Below are positions 29,625 through 46,630 of a DNA stretch of 64,000 bases, piece after piece; position 1 is the first letter of the stretch; each line of letters starts with the position of its first letter. Origin of the DNA: the human T2T-CHM13v2.0 reference genome, Homo sapiens; assembly GCF_009914755.1 (NCBI RefSeq), contig NC_060940.1; one strand, 5' to 3'. The notes below the pieces were generated by a model. It did not search any database and was not told the origin of the DNA. It saw nothing but the letters and a program-made list of their open reading frames with translations. The position numbers and the translations under genes were made by a program.

Positions 29625-30782
29625 TCAATCAAGTTCAATGGCCAGAATGGAAAAAGATTTATAGAAGTCACCATGGATATATGTCCATATATAACCTGCC
29701 TGAAGATGGAAGCTTCTTTGCCTACTCCCATTTTTTTTTAATTATGGAAATGTTCAAATGTATTTAAGAGTAGAATCATATAATGAACCTCCGTATTCCC
29801 AATGTCCAGCTTCAATAATTAGTACTCATGACCAATCTTGTTTCATTTATACTCCCACTCACTCCTTCTATATTACAGCAAAAAAACCCATTATATAATT
29901 TATTCATAAATCCTTAATTTGATTTAAATATCTAAACATCATTTGCTTCACAATATTATACCTCAATAATCTACAATAATCTATGTGTTTATGTATATGT
30001 TTTACTTATGAGACTATGATTTCCCAGTCTACCAGGAATTTTATATGCGTAATGATTGGTTTCTATGTCCACAGCTTCTAACTCAGGGCATGCCACATGG
30101 AGGGACTTAATGGGTAGTTTTTGGTGGAGTGAATAAACATACAGCCTGTATTTTTTACATGTGCATGAGTCAGAAAGTGTTAGAATGATTAATGTGTCCA
30201 TATGTGCCTCAGCTTTGGAATCTTGTACCCTAGGCAAAATATGGAAGTATCAAGGACCTGTATTCTCTCCCTTGCTCTTACTGCAACTTCAGCCCCCGAG
30301 ACTCAGAGCCATTGAGGGTGGCCGTCTGAATAGCCTTTGGGTATTAAATTTCCCCAGAGAAAGCAAACAGCATCATCCTAACACCATTTTAAAAAGGGAC
30401 TCCAGCCACCAGAGTATTCAGGGAGAAAGAAAGAACCAATGGGTTGAATCCTGAAGACCTCAGTTTCGACTGTCATATTGTTTCTGCTTGTCTCCATTTC
30501 CACAGTGGCATGGAGTATGTATGCTCCAAATGCCTTTATTTAGAAGTTATATCCAAAATGGAAGGACCCTGTGCACTTTGAAGATGGCAGCCAAAAATAT
30601 CTCTGCTCCCACCTTGGACGTGATGGTGACTCTTCTGCTATTCTCTAAACTGGACCTTTTTCCTGTTCCCAATCCTCTCCATAAAAGTGAACACCACACT
30701 CAGCTGAGTCTGTAACTTTAGATCAGCATTCCTGACTCATAAAAGCTATTCTGAAGTGTGAGCCAATACCAGGGTTGCACCG

Positions 30783-30861
30783 CATTTCCTCCAGCAGTGC
30801 TTCCAGGAGTAAGGTTTCAATCCATTTCCTCCAGCAGTGCTTCCAGGAATAAGGTTTCAAT
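30783..30861. repeat. 40-bp tandem duplication
   Basis: catttcctccagcagtgcttccaggaRtaaggtttcaat x2. Confidence 0.92.
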
Positions 30862-30996
30862 GCATCAGAGCAAGTGAAATCATACAGTCCTTGTCAATCA
30901 CATGCTATTTTTGGAGCTTGGAGGGAAAATGAAGTTCCAGGACACCTTGCCAAACTTCTGGTTATATTTATACACAACCAGGACAGGCAAGCACGC

Positions 30997-30997
<1 letters not shown>

Positions 30998-31031
<34 letters not shown>
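30998..31031. repeat. (TG)n microsatellite
   Basis: Direct reading. Confidence 0.95.
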
Positions 31032-31035
<4 letters not shown>

Positions 31036-31154
31036 ATACATGTACATGTATATGCACATATGGATCCCATTGAGTTTTCAGGCATCAACTTCATTGCTAC
31101 AGAACCCCTCTCTTCTCTCCTTTACATGGCACAGGACAAGAGGGTTCAGAATCA

Positions 31155-31400
31155 TTAATAGCACAGGCTTAGAGATCAGACAGATGAACAGGTTCAAATC
31201 TTGTCACTGCTTTAGCCATGTGACCTTGAACAAGCCACATAATCTTTTTGAACCTCAGTTCACTCAATCACCAAATAAAAACAACACTTCCATTTCATAT
31301 GCTGTTATGAGGCTTACTTATAAGATAATAACAACAAACATCTCTTAATGCACAGTTCCTGGCACACAGAAAGGTCTCCATACGTGGAACTATTATCATT
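31155..31400 (+). mobile_element. MIR
   Basis: gtgaccttgaacaagccacataatctttttgaacctcagtt. Confidence 0.7.
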
Positions 31401-32359
31401 AATTCAACATTTGTTAAACTTATCTTCAGGAAAATGAGCCTCTGTAGCAGAAGAACTAATTGACAAATGGAGATCTGAGTTTCTTCAATGGCATTCCCTT
31501 GACTTTTGACCTCACTGATTGGGTGTCATTCTCCTCACTGTAACAGGAATGAGGGGAGTGGGTTTGAATCAGATAATCTCTAAGGTCTTTCAGGTATAGC
31601 ACTCTATGTAAAATGCAAGGATAAGCTGCCCTCCCAAATCTTTCCTGATTTGAGCTCAGGGTAATGAGTACATAATTAGAAGAGGGGCAAAGGTGGCACT
31701 CCTTACTTGACATTTAATTCTGTATGGCAACCATATATTAGGGCAGTCTTGCACCCAGGGTGAAAGGACAGCAGAAAACAGCCAAATGGCAAGCTATCTC
31801 TAAAAAAGGTGGCAGGATGGTTCTGAGAACCAGTTAGAAGACTGAGGAAAGAAGAACATGGTCAATAGAGCCCTCTTGGATAGTAATTCTCCATGCTGCA
31901 CAAAAAACAGTGGTACTCAAATCTGAGGCTTTTCTCAAAGCTGGCTCTTCCTCATTCTCTAAAGAAGGGCATGAGTTCAAATCCTGACTTGTCCATTCCT
32001 AGCTGGGGCACAGTGGGCAATAATGACAAAGACCATTGTTAACACTGATTAGGGCTTTACTATGTGTTTCCAGGAGCAGTGCTGAGGGTTTTTCATTCAT
32101 TATATGACTCAATCCTCAAGGCAACTGTAGGACATAGATAACTATAATTATCCTCATTGCATGATGAGGAAACCAGGGCTTAAAAATATTATGTTTCTTG
32201 CTCAGGTCAGATCATAAGGCTCACAGTAAGAATTTAAACTTAGTCAGTGAAAACCTCTAGAGCACAGCTTAATCACTACCTCCCTTTTTGAAATTTAGTT
32301 TCTTCATATTTTAAAGGTTACAACAAGGCCACAGAGTTGTTATAAAGATTACATAAGAT

Positions 32360-32745
<386 letters not shown>

Positions 32746-32899
32746 CTACTTTTATTATCTCCATTTCATAGATGAGGAAACTGAGGCATGGGGTTTAAGT
32801 AATTGTCCAATTCATATGGCAGAACCAGGATGTGAACCCAGGACTCATTTTTAAGTCTGTGAAAAAATGCAACTAGAATTTTCTGCTGAACAAAAAAAA

Positions 32900-33470
32900 A
32901 AGACTAACTTTACAATGCAGAAATGTGACAGATGTGATGTCAGCTCAATGGTCAAAGCCAATATGGACAATGATAAATCATTCTAATAGTACATATCCTT
33001 AATATGATGTGATGATAATGGCGTGGTGTTCTACCTGTGTCGTCTTATAACCTCGGTGTAATTATAAGAAAACTATCAGAAAAATTCCAATGTAGGGGTA
33101 TTCTAGAAGATATCTGACCAGTAGTCCTCCAAATTGTCAAAGGTCATTAAAAAACAAGAAGGTCTAAGAAAGTGTCCTAGTCAAGAGGAGCCTAAGGCAA
33201 TATTACAATTACATGTCATATAGGATCCTGGATCAGCTATCAGGATGGAACAGAAAAAGATTAGATAAAAACTAAGGAAATCTGAAAAAATCATGGGTTT
33301 TAGTTGACAATAATATACGAATTGACTCATTATGACAAATATACCATACTAATGTCAGGTGTTAATAATCAGAGAAACTGGGCATTAGGTATGTGAGAAG
33401 TCACTGGACTATCTTTGCAAGTTTTTTGTAAATATAAAACTAGTTAACCTAAAAAGTTTATTCAAAAACT
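32900..33470 (+). mobile_element. Old L1 (L1MC/MD-like) 3' fragment
   Basis: ctgaccagtagtcctccaaattgtcaaaggtcat ... tatgacaaatataccatactaatgtcaggtgttaataa ... actatctttgcaagttttttgtaaat. Confidence 0.65.
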
Positions 33471-35169
33471 GTTTTTGAATTCAAAAGGGAGAGTTTTTTA
33501 AAAACAGCAAATATGTTCTCAGACACAGAGTAGCAAAGTTGCCAGGAGTTTAAACTTTGGAGCCAGCCACTCTGGCTTCAAATCCCAGCTGTACCACTTG
33601 TGAGCTGTGCCACTTGGGCAAATTTCTTAATATCTATTTGCCTCAGTTTCATCACCTGAAAAGTAGGATGATGTTAATAGTATAATTCACAGGATTGCTG
33701 AGAGGACTAAATTAATGTATTAAAGCCCATAAAGGAATGCCCAATGCTATGTGCTATGTATTGCTATTTTGTCATTGTTTAAATCAATGGGGAAACAATT
33801 TTAGAGTAGAATTTAGATTATTTCATGTTTTAACTTCATAAGAGCTTTTCTCGATACTAACTTTAGTTTAATTTAGACACAGTTTTTACCATGTCAGTAG
33901 TTTTAGCCATAAATCACGCTTTTCTCCACATTTCTCCCAAGGGTTTCACAATAGCCTTATGCTGTTTTGCTTACCTGTCATTCATTTATCAGATTTTTGG
34001 TTATAGCATATTCATTTTCCCTTGGAGAGATGCTGCCCTAATTTAACGAATAGGCACGTGTCCTTTATTTGGCAAATCAGTACACTGACTGGCTCAGGAA
34101 TGTGCATGTGACCTAAGCTAAGCCAATGAGAGTTTTCCCTGGGACTTTTGATGGAACTATCAGAACAGGGCAGTCATGAGAGAACAACTTATCAGAAAAT
34201 AAATACTGGCTAAGAAATTGAGAGAAGAAAGCAATAAAGTGGGGATGGCATTGCTTGAGTTCTTATAATAACAGTAAAAATTGACATTCACTAGGCACTT
34301 ATTATGTATCAGGCACCATTCTTAGTGCTATTTTAATTCTAATAAACTCCCTATACGGAAGAGGAAGTTAGGGAAATACTTTTTTATCTCTATTATGAAT
34401 TTTTTTGGTACTTAAAAGCAGTTCTCAATTCAACAAAATAGGTTGTGTGGGAGGAGAAAAAAAATCTTTACCTTTAAAATAAACTGAATTTTGGTGATAA
34501 GCCTTTGAGTGTTTTCAGAAATATACTGAAGTTGTGACGACAAAAATAATAATAATAATAATTGACCGCTGATGGAGAAAAGTGATTTTGCTAAAAGAAA
34601 TATAAAAAGGGTAGATTAACTTTGTAATGATGTTTAATTCCTATTAATAAAATTTAAATACAGTGCTTTTAGGAAACTAATTGCTCTTCAGCTCCTAGAA
34701 AGATTTTTTTTAAAGGGCAGTGATTACTTATCAAAATGTTCAGCCAATATGTTCTTAGAGCAGAGATAATTTCATCTCCAGAAATTGTATGTCTCAAGTT
34801 AATATACACCTCTTATGTCCGGATAAATTCAGAGGGATGTTGCCAAGGCTGCAAAAGGCTGGAAGAAATTAGGTTAATAGATGTGCGTGGCTCTTTCAAA
34901 GAGATCTGAGTGTTTTATCTTATTTGATCTATTTATGAAATGCTTACAAGAGACAATTAAAATAACCTCATCACAGGTCTCCTGGTCTCTGAAGCCACCT
35001 CCTAAAAAACAAATATCTAAACACCAAAATTATAGATCTACTCCATGCTCAAGTCCCTCCATGTCTCATGCTGCCTACAAAATCAAATCCAGACTGCTCT
35101 GTATAGTAAAAGCTCTTCTATAATACAGGCCCAATCAACCTCACTATTCTCTTTTTCTCACTTTCTCTC

Positions 35170-35610
35170 TCTCATTCTCACACACATCGTCACACTAACA
35201 CACACACACATCTGCCTTTGCACACACACTTATACCTACACATATTCACAATTAAACATGGAAAAATTCATAATAGAGATAAAAAGTATTTCCCAAACTT
35301 CCTCTTGTGTATAGGAAGTTTATTACAATTAAAATAGCACTAAAAACCGTGCATACATAAGTGTCTGATACATAAGTGTCCAGTGAATGTCAGTTTTTAC
35401 TATTATAAGAACTCAAGCAATACCATCAGTACACCTACACATATATGTATACATATTCCTATACATCTATACATGAACCTCTACATAAAAGCACACTTAT
35501 ATACAGGTACATTCATGCCTACCCACGCTCACATTATAATCACATATGCTCACACCCACACGTACAACTACAAATACACACATACCTAACACAAACACAT
35601 ATACTCGAAC

Positions 35611-35652
<42 letters not shown>

Positions 35653-35700
35653 AGGATATGAAGCTACAATGATGCATACACTTTTCACAAAACACACCCT
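35170..35700. repeat. CA-rich low complexity with pure (CA)n at ~35615-35649
   Basis: Direct reading. Confidence 0.8.
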
Positions 35701-36045
35701 GAACGACACCCACTTTCCTGCCTATGCCTACACTATTTCTTCTGCCTGGAATTCTTCTCCTTATTATCTCCCCCTACTGAAATCCTACCCACTCTTTTCA
35801 GGCCTAGCTCAAATGCCAATACTCCCATGGAACCTAATTCTCCATCTGGAATTCATTTTTGCATTTTCTTTGCCTTTAGAACACACTTTCCCCTCACTTG
35901 TTTATTCATGAGCCCACATGCCTTCAGTGCTTTCCACTGTGCCGGGTAATACTGGAAGCCCTGGGGCTACGGTGGTGAACAGTCCTCAGAGAGGTCTATC
36001 CTATCCCTAGAGTTTCCAGTCTCGGTGGAGAGAAGTCAAAGCTTA

Positions 36046-36483
<438 letters not shown>

Positions 36484-37964
36484 GACCAAGGGAGTTAGTA
36501 GGTTGCCTGTTATGGGGTTTTATCTTTATCCTATGGGCAAGTGACATATGTAAGGGATGGGGATGAGGACTTACTGAAGACCTTACTGAAATCAATCCCC
36601 CAATTAGAAGTGGATTAAACACTTCTTCTCAATGTAGTGCAGAGATAGAGTTTGTAGCTAGAAGATTCGGAAGGCAGAGTGACAAGCTGGGAGATGGCTG
36701 CAGGATCTGGATGACACAGGCCATGATGGTCAGGCTGGTGTGAACTCAAAGTGTAAAATCAACAGAAAAGAGATGGGCTGTAGGGGTGGGGAATGAGGGC
36801 CCAGTTTGCCTCGAATTATGGTTTTGTAGAGTGTCATGGCTGGCCAGTCTTCCTCAACCACGTGATCCATGTTCGATATAGTATAGTGCTCACCCACAAT
36901 GCAGTTCAAGAAGTATCCGCTGAACTGAATTCAATTCTGACTGTAGCATATCATCCATTTTTACTTACAATTCAGAGTTTAAAAAGGGAAGTTGCCTGTT
37001 TACTCATCTTCTCTCCTTGGAGACAAGACAATAGAAATTGCAAAACTAAAAATCAGACAGGAAATTTATTAAAACCAACAACAGAAGCAGAGTTCAGGCT
37101 GCCTGTGCTCTAGTCTGGCTGGACCCAGTTAGCTCATTGGGTGGTTTCATAACCATGGGGAAACAGGCTTTAAAACAAACACATTGAGCTTGCAAACCTT
37201 CGGAGTATGTTTCACTCCAGAAAATAAGCAGTGATTTACTCCCAAGCTGGAGAAAACATGAGTAATTAACTCTTCAGGAAGATGATGTTAAGGAGGAAAA
37301 ACAAAGCAAACGGGAGACCAATTTCTCTCCACCTGAAATATAAAGTCTGCCAAAGGACATGAGATAAATGGCCGTGAAGGAAATTTAAAATGATTTAGTG
37401 TCCATATTTATCATAAGTAGCAACATGGATTAGCATCACTTCCATGCCGCTGAATGCACATCTGACACACAAACAAACCGATCACAGGTTAACACATAAG
37501 TAATTCTGGGTCTTGGGTTGCTGCTTGAAACCAAAAGCAGATCTAAATGTAATTGATCCAGAAACAACAATAAAGATATCTGAGCCACTGCTGTGGCTTG
37601 ATATTAGGTTGACATATGCTGTATCTGGAGGACTTTGCAGTTGAGTTCAGTGATGTTTTTTAAACCAATACCTGATCTAAAGAGTATCCCAGAAAACCAG
37701 TCTGCTGAAATCAAGTGTCACTTTGGAACTCAATTTTCCCCTGTGTGGTATGCACAAACAAGTTTCTATGCAGAAATTACTAAAGAGCAGGTGTGGGTCA
37801 AACCTGCTCTGTCTTCACTGCCATGAGCCTTGGATGGCTACCGGCAGAGTGAAACTAAGAACTGCTTTTCAGATATTGAGGTAAAGTGCCTGCTTCCTCT
37901 GAATGCACTGTTTTAAATGCAACGATTGGAGGTGGTGGGATTATGAAGCTTTGGCATGAATAAG

Positions 37965-38120
37965 AACCTTTCCTGGAAGCTGATTAAGAATGCAGACTCC
38001 TGTATCTCTGGAGTGTTGGAATCAGTAGATCTGGGATAAGGTGTGGGATCCTGACTTTTCAACCAGCGTCCTAGAGTCATTCTGCTCCGAGTGGTCTAAG
38101 GACCCCATTTTAAGGAGCAC
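37965..38120. mobile_element. MER5-like hAT MITE
   Basis: attaagaatgcagactcctg...gaatcagtagatctggga...gaccccattttaaggagcac. Confidence 0.6.
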
Positions 38121-41100
38121 CAGGAGGGGAAGACCTATGACTAACATACAGGATTAAATAAAGCATAAGAACAAGATGGAAATCTTTCTTCTTGGGTTAC
38201 TTATGTAACCACTGGCAATTGCCAGCAGATCTAAATGAGTTTAATCAGCTATTAGAGCCTTAATTAAATTCCTCTCAGTTGAAATTTCAGAATTGCCTAA
38301 TTGTTACACAGCTCACATTGGAGAAGTAGATTTTTTTTCCTCCCGTAATAACTGCTCTCAAGATAATCTAGTATCTTTATGGATAACAGCATCAACTGTC
38401 TTAGAACCCAGTACTGATCTGGTAATTCATAGAAACGTGTTTTGATTGTTATTTCCATGAACAACCCGCATCTCTGCTTCCATTCTCCTCTTGAGGCTCA
38501 GCCAACAGGGGAAGAGCTCAATGCTTGTTCAATCTCAAATTTAAAAGCGGAAAAATCTTTGGAACAAAGAGCCATCATTTTCTTCAGGAGTTCATGTATA
38601 ATCTTCAGTCCTCCAGAGTTCCTTTGTTGCCAGATCCCTGGGGAAAGATAGGAGTCCTATTTCTTTGGATCACTTGTAATTCTTTGTGTGCTCTTAAAAG
38701 TGATGGGTTCTTGTAATTAGCTAAAAAGTTAATAGTGTTTTCTCTCTTTTGGTTCTACCTTGGAGTAATATAATGCCAGAGACTTGAAAAATCAGCAAAA
38801 ATAAAAAAGGAGCTCTTTCATAATCATGGATTAATTTTTTGAACTTGCTCTTGGGAGTCCTTCATTGTGCAAGTTCCGTATCAGTCCGTCTTCCATGGGC
38901 TGCAATAATAATTATTAAACAATTAACGAGTATAATTGTTGGCATTTATTGAGGTACTGTGATCACCCCAACGGGCATTTTCTATTTTACCCTCACAATC
39001 CTCTGATAAAAACGCCATTATTAGACTCGTTTTGTATGTTGGCAAACAGGGAATTTAAGTGACTTGCCCAAGATCAAACAGCAAGTGAGAAGACCTGGAA
39101 TCTGAGCTTGGACTTCAGGGCAGGAGCTGTTACCACTGCCTGATATTTCCAAGGCTGCCATCCTATTTGCTTTGGGAAATATTAAGGCAAACATGAGCAG
39201 TTTGGTTTCTTAAGGGAATATTTCATGGATCAGTTGGGAAGACAGTATTAATAATTAGCACCATGCAGCACAGTGATGTCCTGAGAGTTGGAGAAGCCAG
39301 GTTCTCGCCCCAATATGCACAGTCTTCCACTTTGGGAAGGGGCAACATTTTCTTTCCATGTGGAGCACAGGAGGTGGGGAGAAAGCAGCCAGAGGTGGTC
39401 TTAACAGTTTGCTTTTACTCATGACAGTTTTACTTCTTCCATTTGCCTGTGAATTGACTCTTCTGAGGACCTTGAATTCCACCACAGAAAATACCTCTAA
39501 CAGCAGAGCTGCACTGAGCTCTACTTTGCAGGCTTGATGTTGAATTCCACTGCTACCAACACGGACATCCAAAAGGCGATCAGAACAGCAGATCAGGCAG
39601 AGAAAATCAACTGTTCAAATGTGAACCATGTGTCAATTAGGTAATTTGGGGGTTTCAACCAAGAGGAATGTCATTAATGCTCTAGCAGCTGATTGGACTT
39701 CTCCCTTGCCTCTGTGGTCATCTCCATCCATTATGTAAGGGGCCTTAGAAAGGAGGATTTCATCTTCATTCTGTATCATGTTATATTTGAGATATTGTTG
39801 CCCAACACAACACAATTCTGTTTCTATATCTGCATCTGTTATTATAAAAACCCAAACATAAACTTGGTTGAACTTAAGGGGCTGCTTCTTGGAGGAGAAA
39901 ACTAGAATGCATATAGGTCTGCAAAAAAAGTTTAGGAGGAGATGTGAAGGTAACTAGGACAATCACAGAAACAGGAATTGGGGCTGGGGAAGGTTAAACA
40001 CATAACATTGGATGAGAACTTGACCTAAGGACAGTCCTTTGTTACAGTAACAGTGATAACTATTATTATTTTTTAATACCTGCATAAAGACAATTTAGAA
40101 ATATGGTAAAGGTTTTTGTTTGACCTTCTAATGTACTTTTTCTGGGTAAATTTCAAAGATCAGCATAACATCCAATTGTAAAATAAATGAAATGCCATTT
40201 GCAGTCTGGCAGAGTAAACAGCTCTTTTGGGGAGTATTTACCTGAATGATATTAAGAAGTTTTTTTTCCCTCAGCAAACTTGCCAATAAGAGTTAGAAAG
40301 TGGCTAAGAGAGGTAGACTGTGATCCTGGGCTGACAGCTGAAAAAGCCTTTTATTTATTGTGATAATCAATTCATTCTTACCAGCCTGAAAATTATGACT
40401 GAACATGACTATAGATATGACTTCTCTTACTCTATGGCAAGTTTTTTTTTAAATGAAAACCTTGAAAAGTGGTAAAATGTGGGGCTGAGTGTGTAACAGT
40501 TTATAAAAGGAGATAAGTTCCAGGTAATTAAACTGCAGGCTAAGGAAGCACGAGACTTCAATGCATCAAACCTGACTTGAAGGATCTAACAAGTCAAAAG
40601 CTGATGGATTTCCTCACTCAGCATTATGTAAAAAGCCAATTCCATTTGGATCTCAGCCCTGAACATTCAAAGTTAACCTCATTGACTGTGTCTGCAGAGT
40701 TTTGCAATAAGGTTACAGAACCTGGAGGTATCAATCAGTGGAACAGCATTTCATCCCCCTCGCCTGTGAAAAGTTATTGCGTTGTGAGAGGTGAAATGTC
40801 TGGAACTCGGTAGCAGGTCTCTGATGGGCATTTGTTCTTCTGTATCTGGGGCAAAATAATAAATTTAAGTTTTTGAGATGGACATTTTCCTTCTTCCAAA
40901 TGAAAGGGGTTGGTGCCTGAGGCCCTGCTAGTTATTATGAGGATGCTAACCAAAGCCGTTGTGCATGGGTGAAATGCATCGTTATGATGAAATGCACACT
41001 GATGAGAATTTCAATTTTCCTTAGATAAGATGGTATTTTGACAATCATTTTTCTTTGCTCATCTCTGGCCCAAAACTACTTTGCTCCAGGCTTGTCTGAG

Positions 41101-41768
41101 CTCTAAAGTATTCCAACAAGAGGATCATTTGAAATACTAAAGCCAACAGAAGATTTAATAGTGAGAAAACAGTAATAAGCTTAACGACAGCTTTGCCCAG
41201 TTAAAAACGTGATTATTCTAAGGCACTGGGGGAAGAGGAGGGTTCCCTTGGGATGGGATGGATAAGACTTGCTGTTTTTGAAAACTAAGCCTAAGTAACC
41301 CACCACCGTCAATCCAATTTCACCCAAACCAATTATCCCCATCTCAGACAGTAATCAACAATTTGAGAGCCCTATGGAGCCACTGGGAGAAATGAGAATC
41401 ATGGTGACCAATCAGGAAGCCTCTCAGCATTGCTTTTCCCACTGAATTATTAATATAGTGGCAAACACAGCAGTTTAAAAGAACCGTGCATTTGGAGTTG
41501 GAAGACCCAAGTCCAAGTTCAACTATGATACTTATGAGCTATGTCACATCAAAACCTTTCAAACTCACACAAATTATAGCCAAAAGCAGAATCTCAGGAT
41601 TCCTAATTACTCCAAGTGTTACAACCAATAAACAGAACTATTCTGTAGGTTTTCAGTTCCTTAGGGTTAGATCACATGCATTCATCTTGCTCATTCATTC
41701 ATGGAGTGCCTACTATGTGCCATAAACTGTTCTCACACTGGTAACACAGCAGTTAATAGACCCTAAAC

Positions 41769-42104
41769 CTGGGGTCAGCATACCACAGCCCAAGGGCAAG
41801 CTGTTTCTGCACAGCCCACAAGCTAAGAATGGGTTTTCCTTTTCCATTTTTAAATGGTTGAAAAAAATGAAAAGAATATTTGGTGACACAATTATAAAAT
41901 TATATAAGATTTGAATGTGAGTGTCCCTAAATAAAGCTTGATTGGAACACAGCCATGCTTATTTCCTTACATAGCCTCAACGCTTGCCTTTGCACTAAAA
42001 ATGCAGAGTTGAGTGCTTGCCATAGAGAGAGTATGGCCCACAAAGCCTAAAATATTTACTAGCCAGCCCTTTACATAAACAGTTAGGGGTTTTGTCAACC
42101 CCTG
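41769..42104. mobile_element. MER58B-like hAT-Charlie DNA transposon
   Basis: TIR-like ctggggtcagca / tgtcaacccctg; internal aaataaagcttgattggaacacagcca and ggcccacaaagcctaaaatatttact. Confidence 0.8.
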
Positions 42105-42786
42105 CTCTAAGTCCTTATCTGTAAAGGATCCACTCACCAGTGAGGAAGATAAAATACAATGCCCTCTGAATTAATCATACAATAAAACAGAAAATGCTAA
42201 CAGCCAAAGGGTGAAAGGTGCAAGAAATGCAGAGGGCTTCAGAAGTGAGAGGCAGATCTGATGAGGGAAGGAAGAAATCATGAAGGAGTGCAATGGAGGG
42301 GAGTTGTGCAGTTTGCAAAGGACCTGAAAAGTCAGAGTGGAAAGAAGGGATGTGTAGGATCAGAGAACAGCATGCACAAAAGCTTAGAAGCTGAGTTTTA
42401 ATGACATGTTTGTGAACTAGGAAGTTGTCCAAACAGGAAGAAACACAAATATATAAAGGAGAAGAGAGGGAAAGAGGAATAAAGGGATACCATGGGACAA
42501 GACTGAAGAAGCCCTTGGATATTGGGCTACAATCCCTTTGTGCACATTGGAATTTGGTTGCATTTAAGTTGAAATTGGCAATTGGCCTTGGGAAATCCCT
42601 CTGACTCAACACCTGGGGATAATATTGGTGATTTCATCCACATATGGCTAGGACTTAGTACTCCTTACATATTTTGAAATTGTCCTATTTGCAACTAATT
42701 GATGTCATTTCATAAACACATCCATACTTGTCAGAGCATTTGGATAAAACTGAAGGCCAGTTTTTTTGACCATCTCTCCACTGACC

Positions 42787-42948
42787 ACCTCCAGTCCACT
42801 GTAGCCACCCATTCCTATGGGTGAAATTCACTTAGAACTGCTTGACTTGAGTGACTCTAAATTTAGAACCTCCAGTCCACTGTAGCCACCCATTCCCATG
42901 GGGGAAATTCACTTAGAACTGCTTGACTCAAATGACTCTGAATTCAGA
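42787..42948. repeat. 81-bp tandem duplication (~90% identity)
   Basis: acctccagtccactgtagccacccattcc...ttagaa x2, starting at 42787 and 42868. Confidence 0.92.
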
Positions 42949-42970
42949 AAATCCACAGCTCTCATTCAGG

Positions 42971-43200
42971 TATTCTTATGTCTCCTCTCCAGCGTCATCC
43001 CTGGTCTCTATCTTCTCTCAATTAGTCTATTCGTTCATGCCTTCATTTCTTCCCGATTCCAACTTAGACCTCTTTATCCATAACATTAACAGATTTCTTG
43101 TCATACCCACAATTTTCCTGCCCCCACTTTGTCTTCCTATCACACCCACCTGGCAGCACCCTCCCCAACTCTGAGTCAATCCCACCACTTCCACACCTGT
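42971..43200 (+). repeat. Segment similar to 46972-47216
   Basis: Core 43089-43200 vs 47104-47216 is ~86% identical by eye; weaker upstream. Confidence 0.85.
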
Positions 43201-43249
43201 AAAGCAGCAAGTACAGGTGGAGAATATCATATAACCACATAGATTAATG

Positions 43250-44577
<1,328 letters not shown>

Positions 44578-45162
44578 AAATCGTCACTTTAAATACCTCT
44601 GTGTATCTGGCCCTTCCACTCCCCAGCTTGTGGCCTTTTAATGGTTCCCCACTGCAGCTGGAATCAAGTGAAAATGCCTGACCATGGTCTAAGTGACCTG
44701 GCCTCCTCCCCAGGCCTTCCCTTCCCTCTGCATTCATGACAGCCTCATTTTGACAACCAACTCCTGGTTCCAGCCCTGCCCCACATCAACTCATGAATCA
44801 CACAGAACTAATCACAGGCTTCTGAGTACATTGAGCTTTTCTCTCAGTGCCAGGTTTCAACACGCTACTCACCCTGCCCAGAAAACCCCTTCCCACTCTC
44901 TGCCTGGCACTCTCCTATGTGTCCTTCAGAACTCAACACAGAGGGCAGCTGTTCTGGGAAGCAGCCTCTAATCCCATAAAACTGGGCAGGTAGCCTCTCC
45001 TTTCCCTACCTCACTAGCTAGTGTGAGACCTGCACACTCATCTGTCTGCCCCAGTGGACTCATTGAGGGTGGGACTGTGTTCTGTTTGCCTTTATGGCCC
45101 TCGTACCCAGCCCAGGGCTGCTTACATAATAGATGCACAAATACCTATGAAATGAACAAGTT

Positions 45163-45455
45163 AGCCAGGAGCGGTGGCTCACATCTGCAATCTCAGCACT
45201 TTGAAGGCAAGGCAGGAGGATCACTTGAGGCCAGGAGTTTGAGACCAGCCCGGGCAACATGGCAAAACTCTGTCTCTACTAAAAATACAAAAATTAGCTG
45301 AGTGTGGTGGTACATGCCTGTAATCTCAGCTACTCGGGAGGCTGAGGCATGAGAATCACTTTAACCCGAGAGGAAGAGGTTGCAATGAGCCTAAATCACA
45401 CCAATGCACTCCAGCCTGGGCAACAGAGCAAGACTCTGTCTCTAAATAAATAAAA
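45163..45455 (+). mobile_element. Alu (S/J-type)
   Basis: gccaggagcggtggctcacatctgcaatc ... ctaaataaataaa; TSD acaagttag. Confidence 0.93.
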
Positions 45456-46630
45456 CAGACAAGTTAGCACACAGAGGTACCAACATGACCACCATAACTA
45501 TGATCTTCCTGCAGTCAATTATCAACTATAATTATCTCTTCTGGTAATAGGCCCTGAAAATGATGTGGATTTTGGAGTCAGCCACATCTGGACCTGAATT
45601 CCCAGCTCTTCTGCTTACCAGCTATATGAACTTGACTAACTTTACTTCTTGGACATCAGTTTCCTTATATGTAATGTGGGCATAATAGGAGTAATCACAT
45701 CATATTATTCTCATGGAAATAAATAAAGTAGTAACTGCAAGGCACTTATTGAACTATCTGCCACATAGTCCCTGCTCAACCAGGATTAGGTGTTTTATTA
45801 TATACAGGGATCTTAGAAGGATGACATTAACTCATGTTTGTGAACCAGCAGTCAGATGTCTGGCCCACAGAAGGTATTTAGTCAAGGTTCCTTCCCACCT
45901 GCAATGTGCATGTTCTTGTAAGCTGAATGGAGGACACTGGCACAACTCCAGAACAGGCAGGAACAAGGCATTGTTTTTACCAAAATTCCAGGCCTAGGGC
46001 TTGTATGCCAAAATGAAACTAAGGAAATGTATTTGGATTTTTTTTCCCTGCTCTAAGAGGAGACAGATCTGCTTTTCACTTACGGCTCTCTATTTTGGAT
46101 AGAAAAAATATCATCTGTTAATATAATTCTGTGCACGGAGAAGGCGGTCCTGCCAAAAGCCACTTGGTGTTATTTTCACTCTACCAATAAATCCAAAGGC
46201 CTGGCAATTATTTTTAATTCCATTTGCTAGTTTGAGGTTCTGCACGATTAATGCATGCCATTAATTTCATAACTATAAATGTAACCCAAGCTTTCTTGGA
46301 TCCTTGTGTCAAACAGTGTGACCTTATGCATACACTTGCTAGTGTTCACTTGGCTAAGAAGCTGTATTGGGGAAAAAATGAAAAGAAATAGAAAAAAAAA
46401 GATAGAAATTTCAGATAATAGACACACTGGAAGACACATCCTAGCCAGAAAGCTGCGTGTCATTATGTGGATAATAATACAAAAGTCCTAGAGTTAATAT
46501 AGCTCTTTATGGGCTAGAAGTTGCTGGTTATTTTCTCATTTCACTTGACCATCACAGCAGAGTCACATAGATGTGAAAGAGATATTATTACAATTTTTCA
46601 GAGCGGTAAACTGATGTTCCTTCAAGTAAC

